NCBI GenBank assembly: GCA_005110385.1
Contig: DUDT01000012.1
Coordinates: forward strand, 84,600-148,599
Length of the DNA stretch: 64,000 nucleotides
Source of the DNA: Candidatus Melainabacteria bacterium
GTDB taxonomy: Bacteria > Cyanobacteriota > Vampirovibrionia > LMEP-6097
Reading direction: 5' to 3'
Within the stretch, counting starts at the first letter, position 1, and each line of letters begins with the position of its first letter. The notes under the pieces are model-generated. The model had not been told where the DNA came from and searched no databases. It saw only the letters and a program-made list of their open reading frames with translations. Below, in pieces: positions 19,386 through 28,200 of the stretch. The position numbers and the translations under genes are program-made.

Positions 19386-19721
19386 TCAATGAAGGTAAAT
19401 GTATCTGAAATTATATTTTGTTTTCTTATGTTCTGTTAGGCGAAATCCACAAAAATATTTTGCACAAACATTTTCTTTAAGAAATCTTTCCATCTCTCTG
19501 TCTGAATGATTTTCAGCTTGCTGCAAAACTAACATTTTCAAAGCAGATTCTACGGGATATGCTTTTTTCCCTGAATTGCTTGAATAAATCGATTTAATTC
19601 CCTTTGCTAATGACTCAAAATCTACTAGTTTTAATAGTTTCCTATATGCATGATCTTTTGGAACTAAATTCTCTAAAAGCTCCGAATGAAAATCTAATTG
19701 AAAAGACTCGTTACTAAACAT
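19386..19721 (-). CDS. IS5-family transposase, N-terminal (InsH/DUF772-like) part
   Basis: LVPKDHAYRKLLKLVDF and YFCGFRL motifs typical of the transposase N-terminal domain; ends one frame away from the DDE part. Confidence 0.65.
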   Translation of the reverse strand: MFSNESFQLDFHSELLENLVPKDHAYRKLLKLVDFESLAKGIKSIYSSNSGKKAYPVESALKMLVLQQAENHSDREMERFLKENVCAKYFCGFRLTEHKKTKYNFRYIYLH

Positions 19722-19896
19722 ACCTTTATCTATTTTAATATCAAAACATACTCCTGCAAAGACTCTTAATGTAAATGCCTATCGGTATTTACTCGTTGGG
19801 ATTGGCAACAGTCTCCTAATAAAATTTTGTGTGAAATCCCTGCGTGGTACTCAATTTAGAATTTGGGCTGTTGCTTAACTTATTTTTAACTTTTGC

Positions 19897-22341
19897 TTGA
19901 TATATTCTCTTGAGAGTTGTCCAAGGGGTATCCTAATGTCTAAATCTCTTTCTAATGTAAATATTAATAAACCATTTACGCAAGATAATGCTAGAACTGG
20001 TAAGGGCGAGAATACTGCTGATCAGGCTTCAAGAAAAGATACTTCGAAACGTGCTTCTGCAGTGAGAGACTCGATCATTAATAACAATAATAGTAAAAAC
20101 TCGACTATTTATGCAGGCAGAGGCGATGATGTAATTAATAACAACAATAGTGAAAACTCGACTATTTACGCAGGCAGAGGCGATGATGTAATTAATAACA
20201 ACAATAGTGAAAACGAGACTATTTATGCAGGCAGAGGCGATGATGTAATTAATAATAACAATAGTGAAAACTCGACTATTTATGCAGGCAGAGGCGATGA
20301 TGTAATTAATACGGATACTTTAGGAAGTAATACTATTAAGGCTGGTCGAGGCGATGATGTTGTCAATGTATCAGTAGAGATGGGGTCAAGAACTAATCCT
20401 AATGGAACTTTGACTATAAACGGTGGTGCTGGTCATGATAAAGTCATTCTCTCGGGGAAAAGGGAAGATTATGAGATTGATAAAAAAGGTAATTATGTCC
20501 ATATCGATACAGGTTCTCGAATTAAGATTAATGATGATGTAGAAGAAGTCAAGTTCCAAGAAGCAAGTACAAACAATTCAGCGAGTACTACTAGTCGAAC
20601 CAATCAGGGTAAGATAAAGGCTTTGCAGCAAGGTCTGGATAAATATTTTGATGTTTTAAATACGTCGGCGGGCGAAGCCACTTTAATACAAGATCCAGAT
20701 GCTCTGACTGCGGCAAGACAGAATGCTGAGTTTACTAAACAATATAAATCAGATTTTACTAATGTTTGGGATAAAAACAAAGATGGTAGTTTAGATACTA
20801 CCGAGGTCACTCAATTTGGGTGGAAAGCTGAGGATTGGAATAAACATGTACTTAAGCATGATAAGAGTGGTGATGGGAAATTAAATTTTGATGAACTTCT
20901 AGGTGTTTGGAGGGAGTTTGATACGGATAAGAGTGGTAAATTGGAAGGCACTGCTACCACTGGCGAGATGGGAGTTTACGTGCGCGGTGATTATAAGAAA
21001 ATCTCTTCACAAGATCCAGATGCTCTGACTGCGGCAAGACAGAATGCTGAGTTTACTAAACAATATAAATCAGATTTTACTAAAGTTTGGGATAAAAACA
21101 AAGATGGTAGTTTAAATACTACCGAGGTCACTTCATTTGGGTGGAAAGCTGAGGATTGGAATAAACATGTACTTGAGCACGATAAGAGTGGTGATGGGAA
21201 ATTAAATTTTGATGAACTTCTAGGTGTTTGGAGAGAGTTTGATACTGATAAGAGTGGTAAATTGGAAGGTGTATTTGGAAAGGATGCCACTACTACCACT
21301 GGCGAGATGGGAGTTTACTGGCGCGGTGATTATGATAGTACAATGTCGCTCACATCAAGGCTTGATAAAATGGGCAATGAACTTAAAAAAATTGGTCCCA
21401 TAAAAATGAATTACGATGATTTCGTTGGTGCAAATGAAGGCGCATTTTCTCCAGTCACATATGCCGCTCGAACCGATTCTCTACAGCAACTGAGTTCAGA
21501 TGTCTTAGTAGACCTTGAAAATCAAATGTCAGCAGCTTTAGCAATAGATACAGACGCTGGAAGGCAGTCTGTGGCAAATTTAAGGACTGAAATGAAAACA
21601 ACTGCACAGCAGTTTAAACTTGATAATGGGGCATCAGAGCTTATGAATGGTTTGATTAACAAAGTTCAGATAGATTTCGGTAATATTGATAAAGAGCAAG
21701 CTAAAAGTCTTTATCAGATTAATCTAGAGAACCTTGTTGAAGCAGAGGTTAAATATAGTCAGGGTATTGCTACTGGCAATTTCGAAGAAAGAAGAGGAGT
21801 ATTACCTCAAATTACAGCGCTCGGAGAAATGCGAACTACTCAGCATGTAATTAGTGAATTAGAAAGGCAATATGGTTTTAAACGTCAAGATCTACTGCCG
21901 GAAAGGGCACTACAGGCAGAATTTATTGTTGAGTTGAATAATGATGCACTAGCTGATTTAAAGAATCAAATGTCTGAATCTTTAACAATAGATTCAGAGG
22001 CTGGGAGAATATCTTCAGCCGCTCTTAGGATTGAAATTAATCTAGTTAAAAAGGACAAGGATTTTTGGAGTAATAGAGCTGATTACTGGAGTGGTGATGA
22101 TACGTCTGCACCTAAGGTTAATGTAACTGACACAATGCCAGTAAGAGCAGCTCAGGCAGAATTTTTTGTTGAGTTGAATAATGATATACTCTACGATCTA
22201 AACACTCAGATGTCAGCAGCTTTAGCAATAGATACAGAAGCTGGAAGATTATCTGCTGCTTCTTTAAGAACTGAGATTGCTACGACCAAATCTCTATTAG
22301 GTTTTTGGCAGTCTGCAGCTACTTACTGGTCTGGATCTTGA
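19897..22341 (+). CDS. large repetitive putative calcium-binding protein (RTX-like GxGxDxU repeats plus EF-hand-like DxDxDG loops); start may be ATG at 19936
   Basis: 5 x 19-aa INNNNSENSTIYAGRGDDV, 2 x 107-aa units each with DKNKDGSL, DKSGDGKL and DTDKSGKL loops, and 3 C-terminal AEFxVELNND...IDxEAGR repeats. Confidence 0.7.
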   Translation: MIYSLESCPRGILMSKSLSNVNINKPFTQDNARTGKGENTADQASRKDTSKRASAVRDSIINNNNSKNSTIYAGRGDDVINNNNSENSTIYAGRGDDVINNNNSENETIYAGRGDDVINNNNSENSTIYAGRGDDVINTDTLGSNTIKAGRGDDVVNVSVEMGSRTNPNGTLTINGGAGHDKVILSGKREDYEIDKKGNYVHIDTGSRIKINDDVEEVKFQEASTNNSASTTSRTNQGKIKALQQGLDKYFDVLNTSAGEATLIQDPDALTAARQNAEFTKQYKSDFTNVWDKNKDGSLDTTEVTQFGWKAEDWNKHVLKHDKSGDGKLNFDELLGVWREFDTDKSGKLEGTATTGEMGVYVRGDYKKISSQDPDALTAARQNAEFTKQYKSDFTKVWDKNKDGSLNTTEVTSFGWKAEDWNKHVLEHDKSGDGKLNFDELLGVWREFDTDKSGKLEGVFGKDATTTTGEMGVYWRGDYDSTMSLTSRLDKMGNELKKIGPIKMNYDDFVGANEGAFSPVTYAARTDSLQQLSSDVLVDLENQMSAALAIDTDAGRQSVANLRTEMKTTAQQFKLDNGASELMNGLINKVQIDFGNIDKEQAKSLYQINLENLVEAEVKYSQGIATGNFEERRGVLPQITALGEMRTTQHVISELERQYGFKRQDLLPERALQAEFIVELNNDALADLKNQMSESLTIDSEAGRISSAALRIEINLVKKDKDFWSNRADYWSGDDTSAPKVNVTDTMPVRAAQAEFFVELNNDILYDLNTQMSAALAIDTEAGRLSAASLRTEIATTKSLLGFWQSAATYWSGS
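20077..20361 (+). repeat. 57-bp tandem repeat x5 (fifth unit degenerate) inside the CDS
   Basis: Unit starts at 20077, 20134, 20191, 20248 and 20305; near-identical ATTAATAACAACAATAGTGAAAACTCGACTATTTAYGCAGGCAGAGGCGATGATGTA. Confidence 0.9.
20689..21330 (+). repeat. 321-bp tandem duplication inside the CDS
   Basis: CAAGATCCAGATGCTCTGACTGCGGCAAGACAGAATGCTGAG... starts at 20689 and again at 21010, with only scattered substitutions. Confidence 0.9.
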
Positions 22342-22433
22342 TAGTGTAGGCGCTGTAAAAGGTCGACTAAGAAAGAGTCTCTTAATGGTTCAAAGGACTC
22401 TGGCTCGAACCTAGATAATAAATTTAAATAATT

Positions 22434-22476
22434 AAAGAGGTCTATCCACGATGGATAGACCTCTTTCCCCGTTTTT
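22434..22476 (+). terminator. rho-independent terminator downstream of the 814-aa gene
   Basis: AAAGAGGTCTATCC-ACGA-TGGATAGACCTCTTT perfect hairpin followed by CCCCGTTTTT. Confidence 0.75.
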
Positions 22477-22629
22477 AGTTTTGGCAAATTACTCTAACTT
22501 ACTTACTTTTTGCAACATCTTTGATCATCCTTTGTTTTTACTCTAATTGTTTGAGTTCTAATGATTATAGCAAGATGGGGTGTAAATAAGCCTGGGTTTA
22601 TTTTAATATATTAATAACCCATGCTAGGA

Positions 22630-23229
22630 CTAGCTTTTCTTGTCTAGCTTGGTAAATTTAGTACCTTCTAAAGTCAGGTTATACATTAAACCTTTCTGAT
22701 CGAAAACAAAAGCAATAACTGGTTGATTAGTTATTTGTGAATCAATAAAACCATCTGCACCAACGCTAACTATCGCTACAGAAGCATCTGCACCAATTTT
22801 CCAGTTATCACTATTGCGAAGTTTACTCAGGCCCTCATCATCCATAAATAAAATTACTATAGATTTCTTCTGAGCCCCTAACTGCCATCCAAATGAACCA
22901 GAAGCAAGACTATAATATTCCATAGTCTGCTTACCAAAAAGCAATGAGCCTTCCCCGTATTCGCCACCAAAGACGAACCCTGCTTTATAAACATCAGGGA
23001 AAACAAGAACGCCTTTAGCTTTAGCTAAAAGATCATCGGATCTTCCTACCTCTCGGCTTAATCTATTAAGGGCGATTTTAACGTTAGAGTCGATTTCTGC
23101 TTTAGATATTGCAGAGACCTTTACTTGAGAACTTAGCAGGAATACTGCTAATAGTATAAAAGTAAATATTTTGAAATATAGTTTTTCGTTTTTCTTTGTC
23201 ATAAAATGATTATGACATTTATTGATCAA
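22630..23229 (-). CDS. secreted SYLF (Ysc84/DUF500) lipid-binding domain protein
   Basis: Signal peptide, then GVLVFPDVYKAGFVFGGEYGEGSLL and SGSFGWQLGAQ, which resemble the SYLF domain. Confidence 0.65.
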   Translation of the reverse strand: MINKCHNHFMTKKNEKLYFKIFTFILLAVFLLSSQVKVSAISKAEIDSNVKIALNRLSREVGRSDDLLAKAKGVLVFPDVYKAGFVFGGEYGEGSLLFGKQTMEYYSLASGSFGWQLGAQKKSIVILFMDDEGLSKLRNSDNWKIGADASVAIVSVGADGFIDSQITNQPVIAFVFDQKGLMYNLTLEGTKFTKLDKKS

Positions 23230-23695
23230 ATTATTTGGATTATAAAGATTTGAGATGAAAGGTTTTTTGTTGATTTGCCCTAGTTGGGATTTTTCAGGTT
23301 AATTCCTTTTCTTTCGATTGCAACAAATTTAAGGTATTTTACATATAGTTAATTGAGTAAACCATAATTAACTGCGTGTAAAATATAGTTTAGTAGTAAA
23401 TAATTTATTGTAAATCAATTATTTAGTTATAGAGTATAGGATAGATTCTCTGCATCAAGAATCAAAGTTAAAAACCAAGCTAGCTCAATTACTAAGCTCC
23501 TCTAATGACCTTAACGGCACTAAATACCTTACCAAGACTGTATGGCAGGGACAGAGCAGGGTACAGATCTCAGATCCTTACCTCGTGATTTATACGATGT
23601 CGTAGAAATCTATAAAAGAAAAGATTTACTTCCCACTCCTACTGAGCTAAAGCGAGTGCTAACTAAAAAGTGTGAATTTAAAGGCGTGGAATTAC

Positions 23696-24112
23696 TTAAT
23701 TGATCAAATACCGAATATGTCTATAAAATTGACTACTTAAAATGCTGCCTAGCACTGCTCTCTCGACTTCTAGCTCTTTAATGATCTTAATAAAAACATC
23801 TTTTAATTGTATAAGATCGGAGTTAATTATATTCCAAACCAGCTCAGCATCTATGCCTCTGTAATTATGTGAAAAGATATTGCGCATACCGACTATATTA
23901 GTCCAAGATATTTCAGGATGGCGGTCTTTTAGATTGTCGTCTAAGTTTTTAACTTCTTCCCCTATGGCTATTAGTAAATTAGCTGTAGCATTAAAATCTT
24001 TCTGATCATTAGCCCAAAGAAAATCACTATATGATTTATATTCACTAGAATAGATAAGTATTTTTTCTATAGCTTCTAGTATAGTAAGGCTAGATATAAG
24101 ATTTTTATTCAA
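23696..24112 (-). CDS. hepT: HepT-like (DUF86) toxin of a nucleotidyltransferase-type TA pair
   Basis: RNIFSHNY fits the Rx4HxY HEPN motif; 138 aa; overlaps the upstream MNT gene by 8 nt. Confidence 0.8.
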   Translation of the reverse strand: MNKNLISSLTILEAIEKILIYSSEYKSYSDFLWANDQKDFNATANLLIAIGEEVKNLDDNLKDRHPEISWTNIVGMRNIFSHNYRGIDAELVWNIINSDLIQLKDVFIKIIKELEVERAVLGSILSSQFYRHIRYLIN

Positions 24113-24416
24113 TTATAATCTTCTCCATCTCAATCCCCATCAGGATAATAGGATTTAAAAACTCTGGGTGATAATAGACTAGGTCTATAGGTCGCTTATC
24201 TAATAGCTCAGATAATTCATCTTTAGCATTTATATAATTACTAAGAGTTTTAAATTCAGACGAAAGCTTCACTGCTATATCTATATCGCTGTTTTCATTT
24301 TCAGAATTCTTAGCGAAAGAACCGAATAGCATAATCTCACTAAAGCCATATTTTTCTTTTAGGTAAGGCTTTTTAGTACTTAGTGTTTTTAAGATTTTCT
24401 CTTTAGAGAGAGTCAT
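24105..24416 (-). CDS. mntA: MntA-like minimal nucleotidyltransferase antitoxin
   Basis: LFGSFAKNSENENSDIDIAV fits the GSx(n)DxD nucleotidyltransferase motif; 103 aa. Confidence 0.8.
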   Translation of the reverse strand: MTLSKEKILKTLSTKKPYLKEKYGFSEIMLFGSFAKNSENENSDIDIAVKLSSEFKTLSNYINAKDELSELLDKRPIDLVYYHPEFLNPIILMGIEMEKIIIE

Positions 24417-24474
24417 AAATTAATTTTACCACTTCATAAAAACACCTTATGCCCTATACCAAAAACTTGGGTAA

Positions 24475-25316
24475 GGCTCTTTACTTGCCGGGTGCTTTTC
24501 CGCACTCGACTTTTACAGATAAGATTAATGTTTCAATCATCAAGGCAACAATTAAAAACAAAAAAGCTAAACCGCAAGGGTCTAGCTTTTTCGTTTGCAT
24601 AAATGGTGCGCCTGGATAGATTTGAACCATCGAAGCAACCAGTGCGAGTTAAAGTCTCTAGTCCGCCACCAATCGGGATTCTTTAGATGTAAAAGCTTCG
24701 CTTTTACGGCGGGGTGCTTTTCCGCACTCGACTTTTACGGACAAGATGAATGTTTCAATCATCAAGGCAACGATTAAAAACAAAAAAGCTAAACCGCAAG
24801 GGTCTAGCTTTTTTGTTTGCATAAATGGTGCGCCTGGATAGATTTGAACCATCGAAGCAACCAGTGCGAGTTAAAGTCTCTAGTCCGCCACCAATCGGGA
24901 TTCTTTAGATGTAAAAGCTTCGCTTTTACTTGCCGAGTGCTTTTCCGCACTCGACTTTTACGGACAAGATGAATGTTTCAATCATCAAGGCAACGATTAA
25001 AAACAAAAAAGCTAAACCGCAAGGGTCTAGCTTTTTTGTTTGCATAAATGGTGCGCCTGGATAGATTTGAACCATCGAAGCAACCAGTGCGAGTTAAAGT
25101 CTCTAGTCCGCCACCAATCGGGATTCTTTAGATGTAAAAGCTTCGCTTTTACTTGCCGAGTGCTTTTCCGCACTCGACTTTTACGGACAAGATGAATGTT
25201 TCAATCATCAAGGCAACGATTAAAAACAAAAAAGCTAAACCGCAAGGGTCTAGCTTTTTTGTTTGCATAAATGGTGCGCCTGGATAGATTTGAACCATCG
25301 ACCAATCGGTTAAAAG
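24475..25316. repeat. 222/223-bp tandem array (about 3.8 units); each unit begins with the 3'-terminal 30 nt of tRNA-Lys (45 nt in the last copy)
   Basis: TGGTGCGCCTGGATAGATTTGAACCATCGA at 24604, 24826, 25049 and 25272; units are near-identical and each contains three hairpins. Confidence 0.9.
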
Positions 25317-25415
25317 GTAAGTCCCCCAAAGCCATTATAGGCTTATAACCTAGCTTTCAAGCTTTCAGATAACCTAAATTTCTTGCGTCTTGCGCCTTGA
25401 ATAAAGGAGTAAGAA

Positions 25416-26531
25416 ATGAACTATTTAAGCACCCTTGAGGTCTCTAAAGATTTAGGAATTCCTAAGCGAACTGTGCAAAGCTACTGTAAAGAAGGTTTTT
25501 TACCTGCATTAGTTAGTTTAAATAAAGGGAAGCCTTGCTATAAAATTGAAGCTCATAGCTATCTGAACTGGAAAAATAAAAATTTCAAAGGTATCAAAAG
25601 AGGTAAATTTAGTAAGCATACTTCTAGCGACAGAGAGATAGTTATAGATGATCTGAAAAGCCTAGCTCAAATCTGGTTAGAGTGGTGTGCTTCAGGTAAG
25701 CTTACAGGTAAACCACTAGGTAAACGAACTATAGAGATTTATGAATATTACTTCACTCTTTATATAAAGGGTTTAGGGAAGTATCCTTCTAAGCCTTTAA
25801 TTTCAGTAGATAATCTTCGTAATGTGCTTGGCTCTTATCAGCCACAGAACTACAGCACTAAGAGAAATATCTACGATGCGATTATGAGTTTTACTAAATA
25901 TTTAATTGAGTTAGATAAATTCAGCCCAGAGATTCGTAATAAGTTAAAAGCACTAAAACCTAAGAGATATTTACCAGCTAAAAAAACTTCACTTAATGAA
26001 ACTCAATTAAAGACTATGATAGCCGCCTGTAATGAAATGAAAACTAATTACTATGGAAGGTTAAGTAATAAAGTGATAGTAGTTTTCCTTGCTAATACTG
26101 GTCTTAGAGCCTTTGAGTTTTGTAAGCTCAAGCTAGAGGATATAAACCTAGAAGCTAAAAGAGTATATGTAAGACTAGGGAAAGGTAATAAACCACGTGA
26201 AATAGGTATTAATACTGAGACCTATGAATTACTACTAGAATATCTTAAAGCTAGGCTTTCTTTTGATTCTGAATATTTTTTCTTAAATAAAGATGGAAAA
26301 CCCTTTACAGTAGATAGACTGAATAAGAAAATATCAGGATTAGCTAATAAATTAGGCTTTAAAGGGATAAGCCCGCATAGCCTTAGAAGGTCCTTCGTAA
26401 CTATAAATGCTGCGAAAGGCAGACCATTAAACCATCTTAGGATAGCTTGCGGTCATGCTGATTTAAGCACTACTCAAGGCTACTGTATGACTAGCGTTGA
26501 TGAGGTCGTAGCTGCTATGAGGGAGTGGTAG
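25416..26531 (+). CDS. int: tyrosine recombinase / phage-type integrase
   Basis: TGLRAFEFCKLKLEDI (Arg I), HSLRRSF (HxxR), GHADLSTTQGY (His-Tyr); N-terminal HTH-like MerR/excisionase-type segment. Confidence 0.85.
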   Translation: MNYLSTLEVSKDLGIPKRTVQSYCKEGFLPALVSLNKGKPCYKIEAHSYLNWKNKNFKGIKRGKFSKHTSSDREIVIDDLKSLAQIWLEWCASGKLTGKPLGKRTIEIYEYYFTLYIKGLGKYPSKPLISVDNLRNVLGSYQPQNYSTKRNIYDAIMSFTKYLIELDKFSPEIRNKLKALKPKRYLPAKKTSLNETQLKTMIAACNEMKTNYYGRLSNKVIVVFLANTGLRAFEFCKLKLEDINLEAKRVYVRLGKGNKPREIGINTETYELLLEYLKARLSFDSEYFFLNKDGKPFTVDRLNKKISGLANKLGFKGISPHSLRRSFVTINAAKGRPLNHLRIACGHADLSTTQGYCMTSVDEVVAAMREW

Positions 26532-26540
26532 GATTAAATT

Positions 26541-27341
26541 ATGGAAAATAAGAGAACATATTTTTTTGTTGATGAATCTGGAGATCTCTCTCGGTTTGAC
26601 AAGAAAGGTCGCTCATTATTAGGTGTAGAGGGAGTTTCAAAAACTTTTATGCTTGGCTCACTAGAAGTCTTAGAACCCATAGAGGAAATTATCAAGAAGA
26701 TGGAAGAGCTAAGAGCAGACCTGATTAAAGATCCGTGTCTATTGAGAACACCCTCTTTAAAGAAAACTAAGTTATGTTTCCATGCTAAAGATGATTGTGC
26801 TGCTGTTAGAAGAGAAATGTTTAAGATTCTTAAGGATATGAAAGCTAGGGTTAGAGTAATGGTTCGCCGTAAATCTGAGCTAATAAGATTATCTAAGCAT
26901 TCTTTTGAACTGAATAAAGTAAAAGTGTCAGAAGCAACTATCTATTCTTCTATGGTTTCACGCTTATTTAAGCCACTGTTACACAAAAATTCATATAACC
27001 ATATTTTATTTTCCCAACGAGGGAAAACCTTTAATACCGAGTCTCTTCAAAAGGCTATAGAAATAGCTAAGGATAACTGTTACCATGACTGGGGAATTAA
27101 AAACGATAATATTATTACGATAGAGCATTCTAGCCCTAGTAATCATATAGGTTTGCAGATTGTTGATTACTATCTCTGGGCATTAAGCCGCTTATATGAA
27201 CAAGATGATGATTCATACTTCAATTATTTAAGAGATAAATATAGTTTGATCTGGGATCTGGATGATAAAACAAAAAAAGACTGTGGGGTCTATTACACAC
27301 AGAAAAACCCAATATCGTTAGAAAAAATAAAAGAGCTGTAG
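26541..27341 (+). CDS. DUF3800-like protein
   Basis: N-terminal YFFVDESGD and later QIVDYYLWAL resemble DUF3800; starts 9 bp after the integrase stop. Confidence 0.55.
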   Translation: MENKRTYFFVDESGDLSRFDKKGRSLLGVEGVSKTFMLGSLEVLEPIEEIIKKMEELRADLIKDPCLLRTPSLKKTKLCFHAKDDCAAVRREMFKILKDMKARVRVMVRRKSELIRLSKHSFELNKVKVSEATIYSSMVSRLFKPLLHKNSYNHILFSQRGKTFNTESLQKAIEIAKDNCYHDWGIKNDNIITIEHSSPSNHIGLQIVDYYLWALSRLYEQDDDSYFNYLRDKYSLIWDLDDKTKKDCGVYYTQKNPISLEKIKEL

Positions 27342-27783
27342 GCTAGGTTCGAGTGTCAGTGACTCTCTTACACACGGCACGAGGCCGACGTTCACCTACA
27401 ATATGTATAGTACCACATTATGCGAAGTTTTAAACATGAAATTACAGTCTAGGTAAGGATGAATAAGCATATATAGTACAAATCTGAAAAAGGTTTTTAT
27501 ATCGCTCGGGCATTTATGCGTTTTTAGAAAAAGTCACGTAAGCAGCACAAGCAAAGCCTATTAGGTTAAAAGTAAAAAAGAATGTCAAGATAGCAGCTTC
27601 TGGAGACATATACATTAATTTACTACAATAAAATTTCTAATTAAAGTTACTTGCCCCAAGGGGGGCTTTTATATTTCTTATGCATTGGCTCTCGCTACTT
27701 GGGGGATTTTGAGGTTTTGCTGTAAAGCTTCGATTGTGTCCGTGATTTTATTTGATAATTCAAAAGATATGAGAGCTAACTTA

Positions 27784-28137
27784 TTAAAACCTTGGTCCAA
27801 TAAATCTAAGAACTGAAAAACGCAACAAAGAGATAACGAACCAGAACCCCCAAATATAAAAATATATTGGCTCAGCTGCTGATAAGCTTACACCATTGAT
27901 TAACTTATAAACAAATGGATAAATTAAGGGAGTAAACTCTATAAATGGAATAAACATCGCAATAAATAAAACAGGGGTAGATATAATATATTTCCAAAAG
28001 CTCGTAATGCCTAAAACATTTTCACAAAAATCACCACTTAAGGTTATTGCTAAAATAAAAACCAAAAATGCAGAGATTTGATAACATAATGAAACCAAGC
28101 TAAGTAAAATATTAAAAGCAATTTTCATAGCTAACAA
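27784..28137 (-). CDS. small integral membrane protein, unknown function
   Basis: 117 aa with about 4 hydrophobic helices. Confidence 0.5.
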   Translation of the reverse strand: MLAMKIAFNILLSLVSLCYQISAFLVFILAITLSGDFCENVLGITSFWKYIISTPVLFIAMFIPFIEFTPLIYPFVYKLINGVSLSAAEPIYFYIWGFWFVISLLRFSVLRFIGPRF

Positions 28138-28200
28138 TTCTAGCCTAAATCTCTTAAGTGAAAAACATTTTTAAGTAGTAAGCCCTGTAAAATTGAATCA

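Larger units (their letters stand above)
18732..19765 (-). mobile_element. IS5-family-like insertion sequence with a frameshifted transposase; boundaries tentative
   Basis: Transposase ORFs at 18809-19721; imperfect inverted termini GAGTTTGCAG (18732-18741) and CTGCAAAGACTC (19754-19765). Confidence 0.5.

Noticed and set aside
24604-24690. Possible extra tRNA or tmRNA genes in each array unit
   Set aside because: Only the T-arm and the 3' acceptor strand (30 nt) match tRNA-Lys. No complementary 5' acceptor strand (GCGCCTG) or D-arm follows on the minus strand, and I could find no tmRNA-like tag frame or 5' GGGG acceptor partner.
24595-24852. Track ORFs 24595-24777 (+) and 24658-24852 (-) inside the 222-bp array
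   Set aside because: They lie entirely within near-identical tandem repeat units that contain tRNA-derived sequence and hairpins. They have no ribosome-binding context or recognisable protein features, so they are most likely artefacts of the repeat.
24475-25316. Possible CRISPR array
   Set aside because: Whole 222/223-bp units are repeated almost identically. There is no alternation of short conserved repeats with unique spacers, and no cas genes are nearby.
27514-27609. 31-codon hydrophobic mini-ORF (MSPEAAILTFFFTFNLIGFACAAYVTFSKNA, minus strand) in the island's non-coding gap; possible type I toxin
   Set aside because: There is no Shine-Dalgarno-like sequence upstream, no obvious antisense RNA partner, and the length is well within chance for this composition. 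It would be worth checking only if RNA-seq shows a transcript.
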